Positions 30,570 to 40,907 of a stretch of 64,000 nucleotides of DNA are shown piece after piece (positions within the stretch are counted from its first letter, which is position 1; the number at the start of each line of letters is the position of its first letter). Origin of the DNA: Planctomycetota bacterium (lineage in GTDB: Bacteria > Planctomycetota > B15-G4 > JADJEK01); the NCBI GenBank assembly GCA_044225365.1, contig JBGAIQ010000009.1, forward strand, positions 96,462 to 160,461. The letters run 5' to 3'. The position numbers were made by a program, and so were the translations under genes. The notes beneath the pieces were generated by a model. That model searched no databases. It was not told where the DNA came from and was given only the letters and a program-made list of their open reading frames with translations.

Positions 30570-32906
30570 TCATTCTCTCTTCAGCGACTGCTTGGTGCGC
30601 TGATTGAGCGACCGTTGATCCTCGACCAGATTGCGAAACGTCGCAACGATCTCTTGAAAACTCTCCCACTCATCGAGGCGGGCGATCAAGGCGTCGAGCC
30701 GTTCGAGCGCCCGTTTCTCCTCCTCGAGGGCTTGCCGCAAGGCCAAGGGCCGCTGCGCAGGATCGACGGCGAGCCGTGCATCGGACAGCGCTTTCGCGGC
30801 CGCCGGCGAATGCAGCTCGGCGACGTCGATCACGCAATGGATCATCTCGAAGATGCGACCGAGGATCTCGAGTCGACCGTACGCACTCGCGGCGTTCGCT
30901 TCGACGAGCGGTCGCCACAGCTTCGGATCGAACCCGTCCAATTGGGAGCTGCCGCGCTTCTTCTCGAGCATCACCGCGATCAATCCTTCGACGCCCGAAC
31001 TCGTGTCGAGCCGATTGAAGAGGTACTCCTCGAAGATCTCCGCGAACTCTCGGCACTGCTTCAGCGACCGTGCGGTCACCTGGTTCTGGCCCACCTCGAG
31101 CGTGGCGACGTCATCGGCCGTCGCGCCGGTCACCCCTTCGGCCTGGTCGAACTCCTTCAGGATCACTTCGAGTCGCTCGATCTTCTCCTGCTGGAGAGCG
31201 CGCAAGGAGCCGACCTCCTCCTTGGTGCGAGTCTGACGCTCCGCCAGGAGTCGCTGTTTCTCGCCGGGCGCGACGATGTCGACGCGCCGCTCCTCGATCG
31301 CCGTCTCGTTGCCGCCGGTCGAGGGCTTGCCGTCCTTGCCAAGGACGATGCCGTCGAAATTGTCCTTGGCCGCGACGCGATAGACGAGCGACTCCCCCGC
31401 CGCCATCGCGCGCGGCCCGCCTTCGTGCTCGAACACCTTCTGCTTGAGGTCGAGGTGCTCGTAGACGAGGACGCGACGCGATTCGTCCGGACCCTTGCCG
31501 ATCGGGAAGTCGATCTTCAGCGGGGTCGCACCGCCAAACGGCTTCATCTCGATCGCGAGGCTCGTGAGTCCGTAATCGTCGTCGGCGGCGATCCGCAACG
31601 GAACGATGCCGTTCGGTGTCACGTCGACGTCGGCGCGGCCGGGCTCGAGGACTCGCACGGTCGGACCGCGATCCTTGACGGCGAGGACCGAGTAGGTCGG
31701 GGGTTCGAGATTCTTGAACCCGATGTCCGAGACCAGCTCGATGGAATAGGCGCACGACTGCGTGATGTCGAACGACGCTCGCAGCTTCCGCGAATTCGAA
31801 TCGGCGACGAGTAGAAGCGGCAGTGCCGCGATCCCGCTGTCGAAGACGAGGCGACCGGCGGCCACCGCATCGGCGGTCTGGACGTCGATCGTGACGTGTG
31901 TCCCGACGAGTCCTTCCACGTCGCCTCGTGGTTCGACCCGCGGTCCGAGACCGGTGTAGGCCGGGAACTGGAGCTGCGACGTGACGCTCGCGACCGCGGG
32001 CGGCGTGAAGATCTCGACTTCGACTTCGCGGCCGCCGCCATCATCGTCGCCGCCGACCGGTCGGAACGTGAAGGGCGCGCGCACCGATCGGAACCGGCCC
32101 GCCCACTCACCATTGCCCGTCGACGACAGGGCGATCTTCGAATCCCCGCTCTCGCGCGACTCGGTCCGGACCTCGACGAGCTCGGGGTTCTCGCCGTTCG
32201 CCGTCACTGCGACCGGCAGACTCGCGCCACGAGCGATGCGGACGCGAATCGGGCGCTTCTCGTTCGAGGAGTCCTTCGCGTCGTATTCCACGACGTAGTG
32301 CGTGCCGTGCTCGGGGAACTTCACCGCGAGCATCGTGCGTTGCGGCCATCGTGCGCTCCCGCCGAGTAGGCGGCGGAAGAAGACGTCGGCGAGCGACGAC
32401 TGCGTCGCCACGAACGTGATGACGCCGAGGACGAGCACGGCCGCCGCCGCGCCGAGGCGCTGCAGGTGCCGATACTCGAAGATCGTCGAAAGGGGCAGGG
32501 TGGCCCGGATCGCCGAAGTCTCGCGCCGCAAGTCGGCGACGAGCTCGGGCGACACGTTGCGCTGCGGATCGATCGCCTCGCCCTCGAGTTCGAGGACCGC
32601 GAGCAGACGGCCGTCGAACTGCGGGAAGCGCCGCTCGATCGCACACGCGACATCGCGCTCGGTCGGCCGCTTCTTCAGGGGGTAGACGATGCCGCGATAT
32701 ACCTGCACGGCGAGGCCGGCGACGACGACGAGCAGCAGCACGATGCGAACCGGCGCGGGCAGGGCGAGCGACCGATCGAGGACGTAGAGGGCGGCGAGCC
32801 CGCAGCATACGAAGGCGACGACGCGCGCGATTCCATACAGCAGCGCGAGCTTGAGCCAGCGGCCCGCGAGACGCGAGAATTCGGCGCGCAGTTCGTTCAG
32901 GTCCAT
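30570..32906 (-). CDS. membrane-anchored large protein (778 aa; N-terminal double TM, large extracytoplasmic domain, C-terminal coiled-coil)
   Basis: TM helices LKLALLYGIARVVAFVCCGLAALYVL and IVLLLVVVAGLAVQVY near the N-terminus, a third after the FEYRHLQR segment. Long beta-rich middle. Helical E/R/L-rich C-terminus. No catalytic motif recognised. Confidence 0.7.
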   Translation of the reverse strand: MDLNELRAEFSRLAGRWLKLALLYGIARVVAFVCCGLAALYVLDRSLALPAPVRIVLLLVVVAGLAVQVYRGIVYPLKKRPTERDVACAIERRFPQFDGRLLAVLELEGEAIDPQRNVSPELVADLRRETSAIRATLPLSTIFEYRHLQRLGAAAAVLVLGVITFVATQSSLADVFFRRLLGGSARWPQRTMLAVKFPEHGTHYVVEYDAKDSSNEKRPIRVRIARGASLPVAVTANGENPELVEVRTESRESGDSKIALSSTGNGEWAGRFRSVRAPFTFRPVGGDDDGGGREVEVEIFTPPAVASVTSQLQFPAYTGLGPRVEPRGDVEGLVGTHVTIDVQTADAVAAGRLVFDSGIAALPLLLVADSNSRKLRASFDITQSCAYSIELVSDIGFKNLEPPTYSVLAVKDRGPTVRVLEPGRADVDVTPNGIVPLRIAADDDYGLTSLAIEMKPFGGATPLKIDFPIGKGPDESRRVLVYEHLDLKQKVFEHEGGPRAMAAGESLVYRVAAKDNFDGIVLGKDGKPSTGGNETAIEERRVDIVAPGEKQRLLAERQTRTKEEVGSLRALQQEKIERLEVILKEFDQAEGVTGATADDVATLEVGQNQVTARSLKQCREFAEIFEEYLFNRLDTSSGVEGLIAVMLEKKRGSSQLDGFDPKLWRPLVEANAASAYGRLEILGRIFEMIHCVIDVAELHSPAAAKALSDARLAVDPAQRPLALRQALEEEKRALERLDALIARLDEWESFQEIVATFRNLVEDQRSLNQRTKQSLKRE

Positions 32907-32940
32907 CGGTTGATCGGGTCCGTCTCGTGGTCCATCGGGC

Positions 32941-34149
32941 TCAGCGCTGCAGGATCGGCAAGTACCGGTAAGGGACCTGCAGGATGATCGACGCTACGGC
33001 GGTCGAGAAGGCGTCGCCGGGACCCTCCTTGTTGCGCCAGAAACCGTCGCGCGTCTGCACGTTCAACAGGTCCGCCTTGATGCTTTTATAGTACCGACTC
33101 CACCACGGGTCGCCCGCGACAAAGAACGCCTGCACCGCGTAGTAGTGGCCGTACCAGAAGAAGAAGTGTTCGTAGCGACTCCGCATCTGGTCGTACTCGC
33201 GCTCGAGGAGATCGAGCGACTCGCGAAGGGTTTCGTTCGAGTACACGCCTGCGTTGTAGAGCGATGCGATCCCCGCCGCCGTGAGCGCGAACGAACTGCG
33301 CGTGTTGTCCTGCTTCTGATACTTGAACGAGCCGCGCTTCAAGAAGTAGTAGTCGTTCGAGTCGCCGTATCCCGCGTAGGGGTCGTCCTCCGGCTGATAG
33401 GAGTCGATGACGTACTTCACGGCGTTGTCGATCGTGGTCTTCGGGACCTTGATCCCGATGTTGCGAGCCGAGCGCAGCGCCATGATCTGGCAGACCGTGA
33501 TCGACATGTCGGACTCGATCGCGAACGGCTCGTAGCGCCACGAACCGTAGCTGTTCTGCGATTCGACGATGAGGTCGACGGCGCGCTGCAGTTTCTCGCG
33601 CAGGTCGTTGCGATGCGTCATCCCGACGACTTCGGACAGGAAGAGCGTCGCGAACGCGTGGCTGTACATGCGCGTTCCGTCGCGCGAGATGTAACCGTGC
33701 TCGTCGACCGAGGTGAGGATGAAGTCGATCGCCTTCGTCAGCGTCTCGCCGTAGCGGCCGCGACCCGGCAGATTGCCGCCCGCGAGGTACGCCATGCCCG
33801 CGAGCGCCGTCACCCCGACGTGATGGACCTTCTCGTGCTCGACCATGTAACTCTGATTCAGCTTGAAGCCGACATCCCCGGTCCACGAGCCGTCGGCGTT
33901 CTGCTGCTTCTGGAGCCAGCGCAGCGCCTTGTCGACCGCGGTCGCCACCGCGGGATCGGGATCATCGGCACCCACGTTCGAATCGTCGCTCGCAGTGACG
34001 GGGACGGGTGCGATGGGCGACACCCCGAACGACACGAGCGGCGCGAGGAGGACGAAGCCCACGCCGAGTCCGAGCGACCGAAACATTCTCATGGATTCGA
34101 TTCCTTCAAGCGTTCGCGCGGGGTCCATCGACTTTCCTTTGCCGCTCAC
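32941..34149 (-). CDS. exported prenyltransferase/squalene-oxidase-repeat protein, paralog A
   Basis: Same architecture as 25830..27032 (LRWLQKQQNADGSW, SQNSYGSWRY, C-terminal YLPILQR). Start overlaps the stop of the 1544-aa gene (ATGA). A signal-like segment FRSLGLGVGFVLLAPLVSFG follows a possible internal start. Confidence 0.75.
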   Translation of the reverse strand: MSGKGKSMDPARTLEGIESMRMFRSLGLGVGFVLLAPLVSFGVSPIAPVPVTASDDSNVGADDPDPAVATAVDKALRWLQKQQNADGSWTGDVGFKLNQSYMVEHEKVHHVGVTALAGMAYLAGGNLPGRGRYGETLTKAIDFILTSVDEHGYISRDGTRMYSHAFATLFLSEVVGMTHRNDLREKLQRAVDLIVESQNSYGSWRYEPFAIESDMSITVCQIMALRSARNIGIKVPKTTIDNAVKYVIDSYQPEDDPYAGYGDSNDYYFLKRGSFKYQKQDNTRSSFALTAAGIASLYNAGVYSNETLRESLDLLEREYDQMRSRYEHFFFWYGHYYAVQAFFVAGDPWWSRYYKSIKADLLNVQTRDGFWRNKEGPGDAFSTAVASIILQVPYRYLPILQR

Positions 34150-37100
34150 TTCGAAGTCTCGTAGACGGCGAGAGCCGTTCCGGACAGGACCGCGAAGTGG
34201 CGCGGGGTTGCAACGCTCTGCACCGGCGCGCGTTCCGAGGTCAGCGGGATCTCGACCGCGGCGAACGTGCCGGCATCGGGCGCGAACGTGAATAGGTACG
34301 TGCGCCGGGGATTGCCCGACGCACGCCGGATCTCCGCGAGACCGTAGACGTCACCGGTTCGGGTGAGCGACGCGCGGAACGTCGGACTCCCGGGGGGCAG
34401 GGCCGTCATGTCGACCGTTCGTTCGATCGCTTTCTTGTCGAGGTCGATCACGACGAGGCGATCCCGCTTCGCCGCTCCCGACCCCGTGCCCGCGCCGACG
34501 AGCACGAAGCGGCGCTTGGACGTGCCGCTTCCCGTGTCGAAGGCTCGCAGGTTCTCGAGGCCCATGACACACTGTTCGACCGTTCCCGTCCGCGGCTCAA
34601 GTCGGCTGACCGAAACGATCCCGCGCGGGGATCGCGTGTAGGTCGGCGAGGTTCCCTTGGGCAACAGGAATCCGTTCGTGGTCGGAACGAGCCACTCGAA
34701 CGACATCGGGAACGGCACTTCCTTCACGTAGGCGAGCGGCCGACCGTCCTCGAGGTCGAACGACGCGAGCGACTTCGTCTCGGCGTTCTCGCGACCGAGC
34801 GTCAACACGACGCCGAACTCCTCGTAAGCGCGCGCTTCGAACCGCTTGTTCATCGCGAGGTTCGAGATCGCGAAACGCTTCACGCCCGTGAGCGCATCGA
34901 GCGACACGACCGTCGGCTGCTCGCTCGCGCCGATCGCCAGCACGGCATCGCGGACGGCTTGGATTTCGAGGCACTCGAAATCGAGCGGCGTCGACCACAG
35001 CACCATGCCGGTCGCGGTCTCGACGGCGACGATCATCGAAGCGCCTTGCGTCGGTGGCGTGAGCAGCGCGAAGATCAGGCTGCCCGCGGAATCGACCGCC
35101 CCCACCGAGGCCCCGGAACTCCCGGCGAGGCTCGTATCGAAGCGGGTGATACCGCTCTTCTTGTCGATCCCGAACAGCCGATCCCGCTGCCGAAAGACGA
35201 TGCGATCTCCGATCGAGAACGCTCGCAGCGGGTCGAGGTCCGACGCATAGGCCGGCACGCGAACGTGCCAGATCTCCGACAACGTCGCGAGGTCGATGCG
35301 ACGCAAGACGGCGTCGGGCGCTCCGAGTTGCTCCTCCTCGTACACCAGGATCGCATCCTCGGAGTCGAATTCGACGGGGACGAGCACGCTGCGCGTCACC
35401 TGGAGTTCGAGCGTCTTCGCCGCAGGATCGGGGAGTCGCTCGAGGCGCGCCCTCTCCGCGACCGCGGCCGGCTCGGCCCCGAGGGCTTCGAGATCACGGG
35501 TTGCGACGCTGCGCACGTCCGAGGCCGGCTCGACGACGCTCGCGGCCGCCGAACCCGTCGCGACGATGCGCTTCAGCATGAGGCGAGCGAGCGCGGAATC
35601 GCCAGCGAGCGCGGCGCCGCGCGCAGCGAGGAGGAGAGCGTTCTGCCGATCGCCGTCGTCGTTCGCGGAAGTGAGCAGCGGCGCGACGACGCGGAACACC
35701 TCGGAGTACTCCTTGCGTTCGAGGCGGATCATCGCGAGGTCGAGACGCGCCCGCGGCGCCGCGGCGGCGTTCGGGAATCGCATCACGATCTCGAGGAGGG
35801 CCGCCGCATTGCGCGACGCGCTCGCCGCGCTGCGGGCGTCGCTCGCGGCGGCGTCGAATTCGGCGTAGATCGATCGGCCGTACTTTGCGATGGCATCCGC
35901 GATGAGTCGCTCGGCGTGCTTGCCCGCAGTTCCACCCGGGAAAGGGGTGTCGCGATACAGATCGATGATCCGCTGCCAACTCGAAACCGCCGCCTTGGCG
36001 TCGCGGCGGCCGAGCGCATACACGGCGCGCCGATCGAGGGTGTAGAGACCCGCGGGGATCGGAGTGCCGTAGGCGTTCGCCGCGAAGGCGTACTGCGCAT
36101 TCGGACAGCGCTCGTCGATCCAGTCGAGGACCGCCGGGATCCGCGAAGGATCCGCAGCCTCGAGCGAGTGGATCAACTGTTCGCAGGCGCGGAGGAAGTC
36201 GGCGTCGTCGAGGGAATGCTCCGCCTCCGCGAATCGGTGCTGCGCGGCCACCGCTGCGAGCCCGGACTTGTCGGCGCGTTCTGCGAGTTGATGATGCGCC
36301 ACCGCGAGTCGCTCGTGTGCGCGACGAACCAGGCTCGCATCGGTCGCGGGGGACGAGATCGATGGATCGGCCAGTACGCCCTCGAACTCCGTGATCGCAC
36401 GCTCGACGTTACCGCGCAGTGCCAGCAACTCTCCGAGATCGACGTGATCGGCGAGCGTGCCCTTGCCGCTGCCGATCCGCGTCTCGACGCGCTGGATCAG
36501 GTTCTCGAGATCGTAGAACACCGTCATCTGGCTCGCGGAGACGACGATCTGGAAGTCGCGATGCACCAGGAGATTCCCGGGCAATCCCGCCGAGTCCGAG
36601 AAACCCCAGTCGAGCGTGCGATCGCGCAGATCCATTCCCGCCTTGGTCCGCTGGTACCGCAATTCGAGCAGGCCTTCGGCGAGCGGTTGGAAGAGGACAC
36701 CGTCGCCGAGGCAGCCGCGGCCCGCGTACGACCGCGCCTGGCGGAAGCGATAGGCCCCGAGGAGTCGACCGTTGCGAAGATCGTGGAAACCGATCCCGCT
36801 CGGCCCGGAGAAGATCACGGCCCCCTGATCCACACCGAGCACGGTGCAGTAGTCGAAGGGATGGTTCTTGTCCTGATTGCACTCGACCGACCAGAGGATC
36901 TTGCCCGTCGACGCCTCGTACGCGTAGGCCGAATCCGAGTCGAGCGGAGTGACGATGCAGACTCCCTCGCGCACGATGGCCGGATCGTTGATCCAGAACC
37001 GCGGCCGCTCGAAGGTGCGTCGATAGTGACGCGTCGCCTTGATGGGAATCGCTTCGTACTGCGCGAGCCAGCGAGGATTGCCGGTGAGACCGTCGAGGCA

Positions 37101-38780
37101 GCCGGAGAGCCCGAGATTCGTCGACAGGAAGATCGAGCCGTCCTTCTCCGCGACCATCTGGGTCGTGAATTCCTTGAACGGCTTGTTGAACATCGTCAGC
37201 TCCTGCTGACCGATGACGAGCGGCGTCTTCCACAGGAGCGAGCCGTCCTGCAGCGAGAGGCACATCGCGTAGACGTTGATCGCGCCCTCGAGCAGCGAAC
37301 CCGTCACGTAGATCCGATCCCCCACCGCGACGGGCGCCGAGAGGATCGAGACACGATTGATGAAATCGTGGAGCGGGCGATCATCGCGCCGCATGCGCCA
37401 CAGCAGCCTGCCGTTCTCGACGTCGACCGCGTAGAGCCCGCGCCGCGGAACGGTCTGGGTGATGCGCGTCTGATCGAACTCCACGTCCCGGCCGTGGGGC
37501 GCGGGTTCGAGGAGGGCGCCGAGAACCACGTGATCGGAGATCGTCGCGACGAGCGGCAAGGAGCGGGCCAGGGTCCCGAAATCGTTGTCCATTCCGGGCA
37601 TCGGGCTGTCCCAGAGCAGACTGTTGAAGTCGTAGAGCTGGGGCGCGACGGAGCCCGAGAGCGGCCCGATGTACTTCCACTTCGGCGTGGCCGAGTAGAA
37701 CGACCAGGCGCGGATCGAGAGACCATCGCAGAGGACGATGACATCGGAGGCGACGACCGGATGGAACGGACTCGATTCCCGGATCTCGCGAACCCGACGC
37801 CACGGATTCTCGTCACCACTGAAGGAGTCCGTCGTCCAGCGCGACGCGAACGTCAGCGCCTCGGGATCGAACTGGACGAGTCCATCGTGGGCGCCATTGC
37901 CGCCGACCACCGGCCACGCGGCGTCCCTCGGGGGCATCATCGAGCCGAACTCCGGCAGGATCCCACGGGCTTTCGCCGGCGAGCCGGAGACCGTGACGGA
38001 GGGATCGCCGAATCGCTCGATCCAGCGCGACGCCGGCGAGTCCGAACGGCCGAACGCCGCCGACGCGGCCGCGAGGAATGCATCCCCGGATGCCTTCTCC
38101 GCTGTGCTCGATACGGATTCGAATGCCAGCTTGCGGCCGTAGAAACGCTCGGATGCTTCGAAATCACCGCGCTCGAGGGCGAGGCGACCGAGACGATCGA
38201 GCGCGCGTTGCCCTTCGGGAGTGAGTTCCCAGAAGCGCACGAACTCGATCAGCTTCGAAGGATCCTGGGTCTCGGCGATCGCCCGCCAGAGCGACTCGGA
38301 TCGCAGGCGAGCGAACTCGGTGTAGGCGGCGCGACCCTCGGCCGGGAACGACGCGATGAGGTACTTTGCGTACTCCGCGGCCCCGACGTAGCGCGGCGGG
38401 TCGTTCGCCACTTGGTAGACGTGTGTCGGGTAGAGAGTGATCAACTCCTGGAGCGAGTCACACGCGACGCGGTATTCGCCGCGCCGCATCGCATCGCGCG
38501 CCGACTCGAACAGCACGCGGACCCGCGCCGTCGTCTGCACCGCGAACGTCGCGACGGCGCTGTGATCCGGGTCGTACTTGAAGTTCGGGTCCTGGATCGA
38601 CTCCCATCCGCCGAACGGCAAGAACGGTTCGTCCTGGGCCCGCAGGACCGAAGTCGTCAGGAGGCCAACGACGACCGCGGCCACCGCCGCGCCGGAGGCA
38701 GTGGAGATGCGAGCGGCCGGAACGGCGGCCGTTGCTCGCGGCGCGCCCTCGTCCGTGCGGTGTTTCGAAGCGAGCTTCAC
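34146..38780 (-). CDS. giant exported PQQ-like beta-propeller repeat protein (1544 aa) with TPR-like helical regions
   Basis: Signal peptide AAVAAVVVGLLTTSVLRAQDEP. Repeated beta-propeller blade patterns of PQQ/BamB type (GRLLWRMR, GSLLWKTPL, GKILWSV, GMVLWSTPL). Intervening helical repeat regions. Confidence 0.75.
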   Translation of the reverse strand: MKLASKHRTDEGAPRATAAVPAARISTASGAAVAAVVVGLLTTSVLRAQDEPFLPFGGWESIQDPNFKYDPDHSAVATFAVQTTARVRVLFESARDAMRRGEYRVACDSLQELITLYPTHVYQVANDPPRYVGAAEYAKYLIASFPAEGRAAYTEFARLRSESLWRAIAETQDPSKLIEFVRFWELTPEGQRALDRLGRLALERGDFEASERFYGRKLAFESVSSTAEKASGDAFLAAASAAFGRSDSPASRWIERFGDPSVTVSGSPAKARGILPEFGSMMPPRDAAWPVVGGNGAHDGLVQFDPEALTFASRWTTDSFSGDENPWRRVREIRESSPFHPVVASDVIVLCDGLSIRAWSFYSATPKWKYIGPLSGSVAPQLYDFNSLLWDSPMPGMDNDFGTLARSLPLVATISDHVVLGALLEPAPHGRDVEFDQTRITQTVPRRGLYAVDVENGRLLWRMRRDDRPLHDFINRVSILSAPVAVGDRIYVTGSLLEGAINVYAMCLSLQDGSLLWKTPLVIGQQELTMFNKPFKEFTTQMVAEKDGSIFLSTNLGLSGCLDGLTGNPRWLAQYEAIPIKATRHYRRTFERPRFWINDPAIVREGVCIVTPLDSDSAYAYEASTGKILWSVECNQDKNHPFDYCTVLGVDQGAVIFSGPSGIGFHDLRNGRLLGAYRFRQARSYAGRGCLGDGVLFQPLAEGLLELRYQRTKAGMDLRDRTLDWGFSDSAGLPGNLLVHRDFQIVVSASQMTVFYDLENLIQRVETRIGSGKGTLADHVDLGELLALRGNVERAITEFEGVLADPSISSPATDASLVRRAHERLAVAHHQLAERADKSGLAAVAAQHRFAEAEHSLDDADFLRACEQLIHSLEAADPSRIPAVLDWIDERCPNAQYAFAANAYGTPIPAGLYTLDRRAVYALGRRDAKAAVSSWQRIIDLYRDTPFPGGTAGKHAERLIADAIAKYGRSIYAEFDAAASDARSAASASRNAAALLEIVMRFPNAAAAPRARLDLAMIRLERKEYSEVFRVVAPLLTSANDDGDRQNALLLAARGAALAGDSALARLMLKRIVATGSAAASVVEPASDVRSVATRDLEALGAEPAAVAERARLERLPDPAAKTLELQVTRSVLVPVEFDSEDAILVYEEEQLGAPDAVLRRIDLATLSEIWHVRVPAYASDLDPLRAFSIGDRIVFRQRDRLFGIDKKSGITRFDTSLAGSSGASVGAVDSAGSLIFALLTPPTQGASMIVAVETATGMVLWSTPLDFECLEIQAVRDAVLAIGASEQPTVVSLDALTGVKRFAISNLAMNKRFEARAYEEFGVVLTLGRENAETKSLASFDLEDGRPLAYVKEVPFPMSFEWLVPTTNGFLLPKGTSPTYTRSPRGIVSVSRLEPRTGTVEQCVMGLENLRAFDTGSGTSKRRFVLVGAGTGSGAAKRDRLVVIDLDKKAIERTVDMTALPPGSPTFRASLTRTGDVYGLAEIRRASGNPRRTYLFTFAPDAGTFAAVEIPLTSERAPVQSVATPRHFAVLSGTALAVYETSK

Positions 38781-38951
38781 GTCGATTACCCCGCTAACGC
38801 GGAGACGATCGGGCGCAGCCTCCCCTCGGAACCGGCAAGGTTGCGAGGCGTCGCGGCAATCGTCTCCGTAAGTCCAATCAATGTATCGTCTTCTTTGCCC
38901 GGATGATCCAGTGTTCGGAGTTCGTGAGCGGCCGGGTCCGAGTCGTCGCCG

Positions 38952-40907
38952 TCAGTGCGGGTGGGAGACCTGGGAATCGTCGCTCGGACCGCGCGCCAGC
39001 TTCTCGAGCCGCAGGCGATAGGTACGAAGGATCTGCTCGCGTGACAGCAGCCCAATCAATTTCCAGCGATCGCCATCGGGAACCACGATCGGTACCTCGT
39101 CGCACTCCTCCTCGGAGAGCTTCTGGAGGGCCGTGAGCAGCGGGTCGTCCGGGCGGACGATCGGGTAGGCATCGCTCATCATCTCCGAGACCAGGACGAG
39201 TCGGTGGACGCTGGTGTCGAGCAAGAGGTCGCGAACGTCCTCGATCGTGACGATGCCGAGCACGAATCCGGCTTCGTCGAGCACCGGAAAGCACTGCTGC
39301 CGCGTCCGTCGCAGCATCTGGACCATGTCGGCGATCGTCTGACCCGGCTTCAGTGTCGCAACCTTCGAATGTTGAGCCGTGGCGTTCTCGACGGTGAGTG
39401 GCGCGAGCACGTCGACGCTGTACGAACCGAGGTGTGCCGGCGACTCGAAGCGCGATCCAACCTGGGCCGTGTAGACCGACGCGCGACCGGTGAACACGTA
39501 GGCGAGCGCGCAGACCAGCACGAGCGGCAGGAGCAGTCCGTACGAGCCGGTGATCTCGCACACCATGACGAGTCCCGCGATCGGCACCTTGGTGATACCG
39601 GCGAACACACCGCTCATGCCGACCAGGACGTAGGCCCCCGGATCGGTGACGACGTCGGGGAACAGGAGATGCGCGAGCTGTCCGTAGCCCGCACCCACCA
39701 TCGCGCCGATGTAGAACGCAGGGCCGAACACGCCTTCACCCCCGCGCGTCGCGAAGGTGATGCCCGTCGCGAGCGATTTGGCGAGCGCGAGTCCGAGCAG
39801 GAAGAGCACGCCGCGCATTCCGGGGCCCGCGAGGCTGCCATCGATCGCTTGCTGCACCCAGCCGTAGCCGGTGCCCCACACCTCTGGAACCGCGAGAACG
39901 AGCACGCCGAGGAGGAGCCCGCCGATCGCCGGCCGAGCGAACGACGGCAGCGTGAAGCGCGCGAAGATCTTGTCGAAGACGCCCACGCGCAGCGTTTTCA
40001 GCGCCATGACGTAGACGATGCCGGCGAGCGCGCAAACGAGTCCGAAGACAGCGTAGATCGGCAGCTCGAGCGGCGACATCAGTTTGAACGCCGTCGCATG
40101 GAAGACCGGTGTCCAGCCGTAGACACAACCGAAGGTCGCGTACGCCGAGAGCGACCCGATGATCGCGGGTACGAACGCCGTGTACTCGAACTCCGGATTG
40201 CGATACGGCGACTCGATGGCGAAGATCGCGCCCGAGAGCGGTGCGCGGAAGATCGCCGCGAACCCGGCCGCCGCGCCGACGAGTAGCGAGATCCGCCGAT
40301 CCGCAGAGCGCAGCTTGAACGTATCGGCGATCTTCGAACCGATCGCCGCTCCGAGTCCGACCGCCGGCCCTTCGCGACCGACCGACCCACCGGAGCCGAT
40401 GACGACGAGCGAACTGAGCGCTCGCAGGACTGGATCCTTCAATCCGAATTTCCCGCGTCGCTGATGGAACGCATCGAGCACGCCGTCGGTTCCGCCGCGG
40501 GTGGGATCGGGCCGTGCGATCGTGAAGAGCAGGCCCGCGAGGAGTCCACCGAGGCCGGGCACCAGGACGAGCATCCAGCGAATCGGTTCCGCGACCGCGC
40601 TGCCCGTGGGCTCGGGCGGATCGCCGCCGGGCACCGGCGGATGGAACGACGCGAGGCGATGCGTGAAGAACGCGACCGCGAGCCGCAGCGCCTCGAAGAA
40701 CACGATCGACACCGCGCCCGCGAGGACACCGATCAGCACCGCGAGGAAGAACCACTTCGCCGCGTGGCGGATGTCGGGCAGCGACGTGAACGAGGCCGGA
40801 CGCGACGCGTCCCGGCCGACAGGATGGAACGGCGCGATACGAGTCGTCGCGCTCGCCGCCGGATCGGGCCGTTTCAGATCAGATTGAATCTCTTGCGTAG
40901 GATCCAC
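38952..40907 (-). CDS. ClC-family chloride channel / H+-Cl- antiporter with C-terminal CBS pair
   Basis: Selectivity-filter motifs GSGGSVGREGP and GAIFAIE/GxFxP-type segments. ~10 TM helices. C-terminal CBS pair (CFPVLDEAGFVLGIVTIEDV, VPIVVPDGDRWKLIGLLSREQIL). GTG start at 40907 proposed (ORF track start 41192 is Arg-rich junk). Confidence 0.85.
   Translation of the reverse strand: MDPTQEIQSDLKRPDPAASATTRIAPFHPVGRDASRPASFTSLPDIRHAAKWFFLAVLIGVLAGAVSIVFFEALRLAVAFFTHRLASFHPPVPGGDPPEPTGSAVAEPIRWMLVLVPGLGGLLAGLLFTIARPDPTRGGTDGVLDAFHQRRGKFGLKDPVLRALSSLVVIGSGGSVGREGPAVGLGAAIGSKIADTFKLRSADRRISLLVGAAAGFAAIFRAPLSGAIFAIESPYRNPEFEYTAFVPAIIGSLSAYATFGCVYGWTPVFHATAFKLMSPLELPIYAVFGLVCALAGIVYVMALKTLRVGVFDKIFARFTLPSFARPAIGGLLLGVLVLAVPEVWGTGYGWVQQAIDGSLAGPGMRGVLFLLGLALAKSLATGITFATRGGEGVFGPAFYIGAMVGAGYGQLAHLLFPDVVTDPGAYVLVGMSGVFAGITKVPIAGLVMVCEITGSYGLLLPLVLVCALAYVFTGRASVYTAQVGSRFESPAHLGSYSVDVLAPLTVENATAQHSKVATLKPGQTIADMVQMLRRTRQQCFPVLDEAGFVLGIVTIEDVRDLLLDTSVHRLVLVSEMMSDAYPIVRPDDPLLTALQKLSEEECDEVPIVVPDGDRWKLIGLLSREQILRTYRLRLEKLARGPSDDSQVSHPH

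Noticed and set aside
34959-38906. 1315-aa plus-strand ORF
   Set aside because: Antisense to the 1544-aa beta-propeller gene, which has clear repeat structure. Arg/Asp/Gly-rich.
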